Source of the DNA: Candidatus Saccharimonadota bacterium
GTDB taxonomy: Bacteria; Pseudomonadota; Gammaproteobacteria; Enterobacterales; Enterobacteriaceae
Direction of reading: 5' to 3'
Length of the DNA stretch: 32,000 nt
Assembly: GCA_049942775.1 (NCBI GenBank)
Contig: CP188087.1
Coordinates: 1-32,000 of the forward strand
The position numbers and the translations under genes are program-made. The notes beneath the pieces are model-generated. The model was not told the DNA's origin and searched no databases. It worked only from the letters and a program-made list of their open reading frames with translations. Of this stretch, positions 24,611-32,000 are shown piece by piece; position 1 is the first letter of the stretch, and every line of letters begins with the position of its first letter.

Positions 24611-25468
24611 ATGTTAGATAGACAAAAAAAATTATCAATTGTTTCTTTAGGTAATTTAAATGCTTATATTAGATCTGTTAATTCTAGTCCAATGTTATCC
24701 TTGGAAGAAGAACAAATGCTTTCTAAAAAATTATATTTTGAAGGGGATTTAAATGCTGCAAAAATTTTAATTTTATCTCATTTAAGATTTGTTATTCATA
24801 TTGCTAGAAGTTATTCTGGTTATGGACTATCTCGTTCTGATCTAATTCAAGAAGGAAATATTGGTTTAATGAAATCAGTTCGAAGATTTAATCCTAAAAT
24901 TGGAGTTCGTTTAGTTTCTTTTGCTGTTCATTGGATTAAATCAGAAATACATGAATATGTACTTAAAAATTGGAGAATTGTAAAAGTTGCAACTACAAAG
25001 TCACAAAGAAAATTATTTTTCAATTTAAGAAAAAACAAAAAAAGATTAGGCTGGTTTAATCAAGAAGAAATTAAAATTGTTGCCAATGAACTAAAAGTAA
25101 GTATACAAGACGTTAAAGAGATGGAATCGAGAATGTCAGCTCAAGATGTAACATTTAATTTAATTTCTGAAGGATCTGAAAATGAAAATAGAGCAAAATC
25201 CACAATTTCTCATTTTAGAGATGATTCTTCAGATTTTGCAACTTTATTAGAATTAAATAATTGGGAGGAACATGCTACTCTTAAATTAAATAATGCTATT
25301 CTAAAATTAGATGAAAGAAGTAGAAACATAATTAATGCAAGATGGTTAGATAGTAATAAAAAAAATACTTTGCAAGAAATAGCTAACAGCTATGGAATAT
25401 CTGCTGAACGAGTTAGACAACTAGAAAAAAATGCTATGAAAAAATTAAGGATAGCAATTGAATCATAA
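24611..25468 (+). CDS. rpoH: RNA polymerase sigma-32 factor RpoH
   Basis: 285 aa. Region 2 reads [19 protein letters not shown]. The RpoH box [17 protein letters not shown] is present. Region 4 reads [27 protein letters not shown]. Confidence 0.97.
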   Translation: MLDRQKKLSIVSLGNLNAYIRSVNSSPMLSLEEEQMLSKKLYFEGDLNAAKILILSHLRFVIHIARSYSGYGLSRSDLIQEGNIGLMKSVRRFNPKIGVRLVSFAVHWIKSEIHEYVLKNWRIVKVATTKSQRKLFFNLRKNKKRLGWFNQEEIKIVANELKVSIQDVKEMESRMSAQDVTFNLISEGSENENRAKSTISHFRDDSSDFATLLELNNWEEHATLKLNNAILKLDERSRNIINARWLDSNKKNTLQEIANSYGISAERVRQLEKNAMKKLRIAIES

Positions 25469-25732
25469 TAAACGTTTCAAATAATTAATATTTAAAATTA
25501 AAGATGTTTAAATAAAATTAACAGTTAATGTTTTTTTTATTTGTTTAAAAATTTGTATTTTAAATTTTCAAATAAATAAAAAAAATTATTTAATTTATAA
25601 AAGTGATTTAAAAAAATTTTTATCTTCTTTGAAAAATTGTTAAATTAATAATAATTATTTTGATTAATTAAAAATTAAATTTTTTTTTGAATTATTAAAG
25701 TATTAAAAATATTCATTTTTTTTTGAGGGTTT

Positions 25733-26536
25733 ATGTATAAAGTTGTGATTTCTGATTTAGATGGAACGCTATTTAATTCGAAATATAAAATTACTAATTA
25801 TACAAAAAGGATTATAAAATTATTAATTTCTAAAGGAATTAAATTCATAATTGCTACTGGTAGACATTATATAGATTTAATTAATTTAAAAGATAATTTA
25901 AATTTAAATTCTTATTTAATTACTTGCAATGGATCAAGAATTTATGATTTAAAAGGAAATTTAGTTTTTAATTCATTTTTAGACAAAAGTGTTGTCAGTT
26001 CTTTATTGAAAATAAAAAAAAATAATAAAAAAATAACAACTCAAATTTATACTCATGATAATTGGTACATAGACACCAATGAATATAACGATAATTTTTG
26101 TAAAAAATTATCATTAAAATATAAATTTTTAAATTTTGTTACTTTTTCTCTTAACAGAGTGAATAAAATTTTTTTTACTTCTTCTAATATAAAAAATTTA
26201 AAAAATTTAAAAAAAGAAATTATTTTTTTATGGGGAAGTAAAAAAAAAATAAATATTTTTTTTTCTTTTCCTGAATGTTTAGAAATAGTTCCATATAAAG
26301 CTTCTAAAGGAAAATCTTTAAAGTTTATATCAAACCTGCTAGGTTTTTCTACAAAAGATTTTATTGCTTTTGGAGATGGAATGAATGATAAAGACATGTT
26401 GGAAATTTCAGGTAAAGGTTGTATTATGGGAAATGCTGATTTAAAGTTAAAAAATACACTTAATTCAATGGAAGTAATTAGTACAAATGAACAAGATGGT
26501 GTTGCTCGTTATTTGAGTTCTTTATTTTCTTTATGA
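25733..26536 (+). CDS. yigL: Cof-type HAD-IIB phosphatase, YigL-like
   Basis: 267 aa. MYKVVISDLDGTLFNS...KFIIATGRHYIDL...YLITCNGSRIYDLKGNLVF...CIAFGDGMNDKDML..GKGCIMGNA tracks E. coli YigL (MYQVVASDLDGTLLSP...FVFATGRHHVDV...). The E. coli neighbourhood yigL-yigM-metR-metE supports the symbol. The exact orthologue among Cof-family paralogues is less certain than the family. Confidence 0.8.
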   Translation: MYKVVISDLDGTLFNSKYKITNYTKRIIKLLISKGIKFIIATGRHYIDLINLKDNLNLNSYLITCNGSRIYDLKGNLVFNSFLDKSVVSSLLKIKKNNKKITTQIYTHDNWYIDTNEYNDNFCKKLSLKYKFLNFVTFSLNRVNKIFFTSSNIKNLKNLKKEIIFLWGSKKKINIFFSFPECLEIVPYKASKGKSLKFISNLLGFSTKDFIAFGDGMNDKDMLEISGKGCIMGNADLKLKNTLNSMEVISTNEQDGVARYLSSLFSL

Positions 26537-26651
26537 AATTTTATGTTTTAAAAACAGTTTTTTTCAATTTAAATGACAAGCTATTTAGTAGCTTAATAAT
26601 TAAAAAATATTTTATTATGAAATAAATATATTTATATAAGGAATTTTTAAA

Positions 26652-28940
26652 ATGTCTGTTTTAAGTCACATTCTTGGATTTCCTAGGATTGGTTTAAATC
26701 GTGAATTAAAGAAAGGACAGGAAAGCTATTGGAAGAAGGAAATTTCTTATAGAGATTTGACGAAAATAGGTTATGAATTACGTAATAAAAATTGGTTAAA
26801 ACAAAAAAAATTAGGGATTGATTTTATTACTGTTGGTGATTTTTCATGGTACGATCATGTTTTAACTATGAGTATGATGTTAGGAAATATTCCAAAAAGA
26901 TTTAAAAAATTAAACTATAAAAAAGAACGAAAATTAGATCTTTTGTTTTCTATTGCAAGAGGGATCACTAAAAACGATCAATCTATAACTGCTTCAGATA
27001 TGACTAAGTGGTTTAACACTAATTACCATTACATAGTACCAGAATTTTTTAAGGATCAAAAATTTTTTTTAGGATGGAACCAATTATTTGATGAAGTAAA
27101 AGAAGCTTTATTATTTAAAAATAGAGTAAAAGTTGTTTTAATAGGTCCTGTAACATATTTATGGTTAGGAAAGATTAAAGGCGAACATTTTAACAAATTA
27201 GATTTATTACAGTCAATATTACCCGTATATAAAGAAATTTTTATAAAATTAAAAAAATTAGGTGTAGATTGGATTCAAATTGATGAACCTGCATTAGCAT
27301 GTGATTTGTCAAAACAATGGAAAAAATCTTATTTTATTGCATATAAATATTTAAGTGGATTAAACAATTTGTTGTTGACTACTTATTTTGGTAGTATTTC
27401 TCATAACTTAGATGTTATAAAAAAACTGCCAATTCAAGGATTACACGTAGATTTAATATATGGAAAATATGATTTAAACCTATTAAATGCATCAATTCCT
27501 AAAAGCTGGGTTCTTTCTTTGGGTGTTATTAATGGTAGGAACATTTGGAAATCAAATTTATTAAATTGGTTCAATGTTTTAAACCCAATAATTAAAATTA
27601 GAAAGAATATATGGATATCTTCTTCTTGTTCGCTATTACATGTTCCAATTGATGTTTTAAAAGAAAAAAAATTAGAATTAAAATTAAAGAATTGTTTTTC
27701 TTTTGCAATACAAAAATGTGAAGAAATATGTTTATTATCTCAATCATTAAAATCTGGGTTGGATGTTGAAATAAAAAAATGGAGTAATCCTATTTTAAAC
27801 AGGAATAAAACAAATACAAACAAGGAAAGTTCTATTTATAAAAACAGCAAAAAAAGAAATGTTTTTTCAAAAAATTTAAAGAGAAATAATCCATATAATA
27901 TTCGTTATGAAATTCAAAAATCAAAATTAAAAATCCCTATTTTGCCAACAACAACTATTGGTTCTTTTCCTCAAACCAAAGATATACGGCAATTACGTCT
28001 TGATTTTAAAAAAAATATTATAAGTAATAAAAAATATGAAGAAGAAATTTATAATCATATTAAACATATAATATATGAACAAGAAAAGCTGAATTTAGAT
28101 GTGTTAGTTCACGGAGAACCAGAAAGAAATGATATGGTTGAATATTTTGGAGAACATTTAGAAGGTTTTGCATTTACTGAACATGGTTGGGTTCAAAGTT
28201 ATGGATCTCGATGTGTAAAACCTCCAATTATTGTAAATGATGTTAAAAGAAAAAAAAGTATTACTGTAAAATGGGCTGTTTTTGCACAGTCACTAACTAA
28301 GAAAATTGTAAAAGGAATGTTAACTGGACCTGTAACGATTTTGCAATGGTCCTTCTTTAGAGAAGATTTATCTAAAGAAGAAATTGCTAATCAAATAGCA
28401 TTATCTTTGCGAGAAGAAGTTTTAGATTTGGAAAACTCGGGAATAAAAATAATACAAATTGATGAACCTGCATTACGAGAAGGATTACCATTACGACAAA
28501 CTGACTGGTCAGATTATTTATCCTGGTCTGTAAATTCATTTCGTTTAGCTTCTTCTGTAGTAAAAGATCAAACACAAATTCATACACATATGTGTTATTG
28601 TGAATTTAATGAAATAATGCAATCAATAGTAAATTTAGATGCTGATGTAATAACTATTGAAACTGCTAGATCAGATATGGAATTATTAGATTTTTTTAAA
28701 AAATTTAAATATCCTAATTCTATAGGGCCAGGGATTTATGACATCCATTCTCCTAATGTTCCTACTATAGATTGTATGGAAAAATTTTTAAGAAAGGCAT
28801 TAAAAACTATTCCTATAAGTAAATTATGGGTAAATCCTGATTGTGGATTAAAAACTAGAAACTGGCAAGAAACAAACGATTCCTTAAAAAACATGGTAGA
28901 AGCAGTAAAACTAGTTAAACTTAGTTTACTTAAAAAATAA
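26652..28940 (+). CDS. metE: Cobalamin-independent methionine synthase MetE
   Basis: 762 aa with the start HILGFPRIGLNRELKK. The C-terminal catalytic domain carries the Zn-ligand motifs IHTHMCYCEFN and NPDCGLKTR, plus LVHGEPERNDMVEYFGE. Confidence 0.98.
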   Translation: MSVLSHILGFPRIGLNRELKKGQESYWKKEISYRDLTKIGYELRNKNWLKQKKLGIDFITVGDFSWYDHVLTMSMMLGNIPKRFKKLNYKKERKLDLLFSIARGITKNDQSITASDMTKWFNTNYHYIVPEFFKDQKFFLGWNQLFDEVKEALLFKNRVKVVLIGPVTYLWLGKIKGEHFNKLDLLQSILPVYKEIFIKLKKLGVDWIQIDEPALACDLSKQWKKSYFIAYKYLSGLNNLLLTTYFGSISHNLDVIKKLPIQGLHVDLIYGKYDLNLLNASIPKSWVLSLGVINGRNIWKSNLLNWFNVLNPIIKIRKNIWISSSCSLLHVPIDVLKEKKLELKLKNCFSFAIQKCEEICLLSQSLKSGLDVEIKKWSNPILNRNKTNTNKESSIYKNSKKRNVFSKNLKRNNPYNIRYEIQKSKLKIPILPTTTIGSFPQTKDIRQLRLDFKKNIISNKKYEEEIYNHIKHIIYEQEKLNLDVLVHGEPERNDMVEYFGEHLEGFAFTEHGWVQSYGSRCVKPPIIVNDVKRKKSITVKWAVFAQSLTKKIVKGMLTGPVTILQWSFFREDLSKEEIANQIALSLREEVLDLENSGIKIIQIDEPALREGLPLRQTDWSDYLSWSVNSFRLASSVVKDQTQIHTHMCYCEFNEIMQSIVNLDADVITIETARSDMELLDFFKKFKYPNSIGPGIYDIHSPNVPTIDCMEKFLRKALKTIPISKLWVNPDCGLKTRNWQETNDSLKNMVEAVKLVKLSLLKK

Positions 28941-28964
28941 TTTTTTTATTATATTTTCATTTAC

Positions 28965-29023
28965 GTTATAAACAAATAAATTTTGTTTATAACAAGATGC
29001 TTTTAAAAAAAGCATCTTGTTAT
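28965..29023 (+). terminator. Two overlapping perfect hairpins downstream of metE (terminator candidates)
   Basis: Hairpin A is gttataaacaaa (28965-28976) / tttgtttataac (28982-28993), 12 bp with a 5-nt loop. Hairpin B is ataacaagatgcttt (28989-29003) / aaagcatcttgttat (29009-29023), 15 bp with a 5-nt loop, followed by cttcttttt. They share 28989-28993, so they cannot both form fully. Confidence 0.5.
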
Positions 29024-29275
29024 CTTCTTTTTAAGAAAAAAATATTTTTCCTTAAAAAAAATTAAAAATTATGGAAAATTTTTTTTTAATTAATATTGTT
29101 ATTGAAAAATACGATTTATTATTTTATTTGTTTCAAACATTTATTTTTATTTCTATTTTTTTTTTAATAAATATTAATTATTTAAAAAAAATTTTTATTT
29201 TTTTTGTTCGTCAATAATATATTACTATTTTTTATTATTGTTAAATAAAGCTAATTATTTTTTTAGTTTTTTATA

Positions 29276-30868
29276 TCAATGTTTAAAACATCTTTTATTT
29301 GTAAATACCATTATCATATTATTTTCATTTGCAGTTGAAATTACTTCTTTGTCACGTATCGATCCTCCTGGTTGTATTATACAAGTAATTCCAATTTTTG
29401 CTGCTAATTTTATACTATCTGAAAATGGAAAAAATGCATCAGAAGCAATTGTTGCTCCGATAGTGTCTAAATTTTGTTCTATCGCTTTTAAATTAGATAT
29501 TTTAGTGGAAAATATTCTACTAGTTTGTCCAGATCCAATTCCAATAGTTTTTCTATTTTTTGCAATAACTATTGCGTTGGATTTAACATATTTTACAATT
29601 TTCCAAGCGAATATCGCGTCTTCTTTTTCTTTATTTGTTATAATTTTTCTATTTGTTACTGTTTTCCAATATTTTTTTTGATTGTTTTTTTCAAATAAGT
29701 AATTGTCTTGTTCTTGAATTAACATTCCACCAAAACTTGATTTGAACTCTAAATTAAAAGTTGTATTTTTTTTTTGGTTTAAAGTAAGAACTATGATATT
29801 TTTTTTTTTTTTAAATATTTCTAAAGCATTTTGAGTAATAACAGGAGCTATAATTACTTCGACAAATTGATTTTTTAAAATAGTTTTAGCAACTATTTGA
29901 TTTATTTTAGAATTAAAGGAAATGACTCCTCCAAAAGCTGAAACAGGATCGCATTGATAAGCAGATATATATGATTGAATAGTGGATTCGCTTTCACATA
30001 CTCCACATGGAATTGAGTGTTTTACAATAGTACAAGCTGGATTTTTAAAATTTTGAACACAATTCCAAGCTATGTCTAAATCAAGAATGTTATTATAAGA
30101 TATTTTTTTTCCTTGTATTTGTTTAGATTTTTCAAAAATATTATTTTTATTTTTTTCGTTTATATAAAAAGCTGATTGTTGATGAGGGTTTTCTCCATAT
30201 CTTAAATGTATTTTTTTTATTAGATTTATTTTTATTATTTCTGGAAATTTATTTTTTTTTTCAGTTTTTTTTATTTTCTTTAAAAAATATTTAGATATTA
30301 CATCATCATAATTTGAAGTATATGAAAAAGCTTTTTGTGCTAATTTTATTCTTTTTTCTAAAGGTATAGATTCTATACCATTTAAATCAATCATTTTGAT
30401 AACTTTTGTATAATCTACAGGGGATACTATAACTAATACTTCAGAACAGTTCTTCGCAGCAGCTCTAATAAGAGAAACACCACCTATATCAATGTATTCA
30501 CTTAAATTAAAAAAATTGTTTTTCAATGTTTTATATTTTTCTAAAAAAGGATATAAATTTACTATAACTAAATCAATTTTTTTAATTCCATATAGTTTCA
30601 TAATATCAGTATCTTTTTTTTGTCTTCCTAAAATTCCTCCAAAAATTTTTGGATGCATGCTTTTTACTCTACCATTCATTATTTCAGGAAATTCAATATA
30701 TTCAGATACTGATGTTACTGGAATGTTGTTTTTTTGTAGAATTTTTTTTGTTCCCTCTGTAGCTATAATTTTAATGTTTCTTTTATTGAGGAATTTTGAA
30801 AAGTGTATAATACCAGAAGTATTATATACGCTAATCAAAGCTATTTTTGTCTTTTTGTTTTTTTTCAT
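29276..30868 (-). CDS. purH: Bifunctional AICAR transformylase / IMP cyclohydrolase PurH
   Basis: About 530 aa from ATG 30868. The N-terminal IALISVYNTSGI...IIATEGTKK...FPEIMNGRVKSMHPKIFGGILGR matches the E. coli PurH MGS-like domain, and the C-terminus is IQPGGSIRDKEVI...MVFTNKRCFKH. The track start 30916 adds 16 residues with no homology. Confidence 0.96.
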   Translation of the reverse strand: MKKNKKTKIALISVYNTSGIIHFSKFLNKRNIKIIATEGTKKILQKNNIPVTSVSEYIEFPEIMNGRVKSMHPKIFGGILGRQKKDTDIMKLYGIKKIDLVIVNLYPFLEKYKTLKNNFFNLSEYIDIGGVSLIRAAAKNCSEVLVIVSPVDYTKVIKMIDLNGIESIPLEKRIKLAQKAFSYTSNYDDVISKYFLKKIKKTEKKNKFPEIIKINLIKKIHLRYGENPHQQSAFYINEKNKNNIFEKSKQIQGKKISYNNILDLDIAWNCVQNFKNPACTIVKHSIPCGVCESESTIQSYISAYQCDPVSAFGGVISFNSKINQIVAKTILKNQFVEVIIAPVITQNALEIFKKKKNIIVLTLNQKKNTTFNLEFKSSFGGMLIQEQDNYLFEKNNQKKYWKTVTNRKIITNKEKEDAIFAWKIVKYVKSNAIVIAKNRKTIGIGSGQTSRIFSTKISNLKAIEQNLDTIGATIASDAFFPFSDSIKLAAKIGITCIIQPGGSIRDKEVISTANENNMIMVFTNKRCFKH

Positions 30869-30998
30869 TTTTATTATGATTATTAATATTGTCATTGAAT
30901 TATTTTTTATAAACAAAAAAATAATTTTTTATTATTTTATATAAAACAAAAAAATAAATAGTTTATTTTTTATTTTTATTATTGTTTAAATAATATTT

Positions 30999-32000
30999 TT
31001 ATTTTTTTGAATTTATGTTAGTAGCATTTAGTAACTCTGATAGATTAGCTGATGCTTCTTCGACACTAATTGGATGAGAAAAATTGATTTTATTGTTGAT
31101 TTTTTTTTCATTTATTTTTTTTTGCCGTTTTAATCTTTTTTTATGATATGCATATCCAGTTCCAGCAGGAATTAAACGTCCTACGATGACATTTTCTTTT
31201 AGTCCTTTTAGTTCATCTCTTTTTCCGGCAACAGCAGCTTCTGTTAATATTCTTGTAGTTTCTTGAAAAGAAGCAGCTGATATAAATGAATCTGTTGCTA
31301 GAGACGCTTTAGTGATGCCTAAAAGATCTCTTGAAAATGTTGCAATATTTTTTTTTTGTTCTTCTAAAATTTTGTTAGAAATTTTTATTTTTGAATATTC
31401 TACTTGTTCTCCATCTAAGAAATTCGAATCTCCTTTATTAATTAAAGTAGCTTTTCTTAACATCTGTCTTATTATTACTTCAATATGTTTATCATTAATT
31501 TTTACTCCTTGAAGTCGATATACTTCTTGTACTTCATTGACTATATATTTAGTAACAGCTTGTACTCCTCGTAAACGAAGAATATCGTGAGGAGATTCTG
31601 GTCCGTCTGATATTACATCTCCTTTTTCTACTCTTTCTCCTTCAAATACATTTAATTGTCTCCATTTTTGAATCATTTCTTCATATGGTTCTTCACTAGA
31701 ATTTTGTGAAGATATTATTAGTCTTTTTTTTCCTTTTGTTTCTTTACCAAACGAAATTATTCCACTTACTTCTGCTAGAATTGCTGATTCTTTTGGTTTT
31801 CTAGCTTCAAACAAATCAGCTACTCTAGGTAATCCTCCTGTAATATCTTTTGTTCCTCCTGACTCTTGTGGAATTCTTGCTAAAGTATCTCCTGGAAAGA
31901 TTTTTCTGAAATTTTCTATTTGTACAATACTTTTTCCAGGTAAAAAGTATTGTGCTGGAACTTCTGTACCTGGTATTAAAACATTTTGATTTTTTGAATC
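30999..32000 (-). CDS. rpoC: DNA-directed RNA polymerase subunit beta-prime, C-terminal part (gene continues beyond the window)
   Basis: The frame stays open to base 32000 (...[41 protein letters not shown]...). [45 protein letters not shown] and [12 protein letters not shown] match the E. coli RpoC C-terminus. The stop is at 30999-31001. Confidence 0.98.
   Translation of the reverse strand, partial: DSKNQNVLIPGTEVPAQYFLPGKSIVQIENFRKIFPGDTLARIPQESGGTKDITGGLPRVADLFEARKPKESAILAEVSGIISFGKETKGKKRLIISSQNSSEEPYEEMIQKWRQLNVFEGERVEKGDVISDGPESPHDILRLRGVQAVTKYIVNEVQEVYRLQGVKINDKHIEVIIRQMLRKATLINKGDSNFLDGEQVEYSKIKISNKILEEQKKNIATFSRDLLGITKASLATDSFISAASFQETTRILTEAAVAGKRDELKGLKENVIVGRLIPAGTGYAYHKKRLKRQKKINEKKINNKINFSHPISVEEASANLSELLNATNINSKK

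Noticed and set aside
26578-26594. Palindrome AAGCTA-N5-TAGCTT upstream of metE, considered as a possible MetR operator.
   Set aside because: It does not match the MetR consensus TGAA-N5-TTCA, and no metR gene is adjacent. A 6-bp stem alone is insufficient to call a regulatory site or a terminator, because no T-run follows.
29071-29217. 48-codon ORF (MENFFLINIVIEKYDLLFYLFQTFIFISIFFLININYLKKIFIFFVRQ) in the metE-purH spacer.
   Set aside because: It has no Shine-Dalgarno, and its composition simply mirrors T-rich DNA (F/I/L/N). By a rough stop-codon frequency estimate, a few open stretches of this length are expected by chance in the window's non-coding frames. It would only be worth revisiting if Ribo-seq or conservation supports it.

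Overview
This window is extremely A+T-rich. It reads as the origin-proximal core chromosome of a Buchnera aphidicola-type, genome-reduced gammaproteobacterial insect endosymbiont. That taxon call is an inference from gene order, composition and protein similarity recalled from memory; no search was run. The window begins exactly at the ATG of mnmG (gidA). Gene order: mnmG, atpBEFHAGDC, then convergent gyrB, dnaN, dnaA (-), then divergent rpmH, rnpA, yidD, yidC, mnmE, tRNA-Phe (-), groES, groEL, efp, dnaC/dnaT/rsmD (-), ftsY, rpoH, a YigL-like HAD phosphatase, metE, purH (-), and the 3' part of rpoC (-), which runs off the window. All are housekeeping genes packed with short spacers. I see no transposase, phage, CRISPR, toxin-antitoxin, defence or secondary-metabolite content, and no evidence for a novel multi-gene system. 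The most notable observation is that the essential sliding-clamp gene dnaN is broken by a frameshift exactly inside an A13 homopolymer. Many other genes here carry in-frame A10-A14 runs, so this is either a homopolymer sequencing error or a candidate for rescue by polymerase or ribosome slippage. Lesser observations:
- a sigma32-type promoter upstream of groESL, with rpoH retained;
- a dnaA-rpmH spacer with no DnaA-box core;
- metE without an adjacent metR;
- collapsed junctions where E. coli has rsmG/atpI and recF;
- a shortened, charge-inverted FtsY A-domain;
- a tRNA-Phe gene without an encoded CCA;
- a few hairpins and small repeats.
All coordinates and homopolymer counts were read by eye from the sequence, and homology statements rest on recalled E. 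coli sequences.
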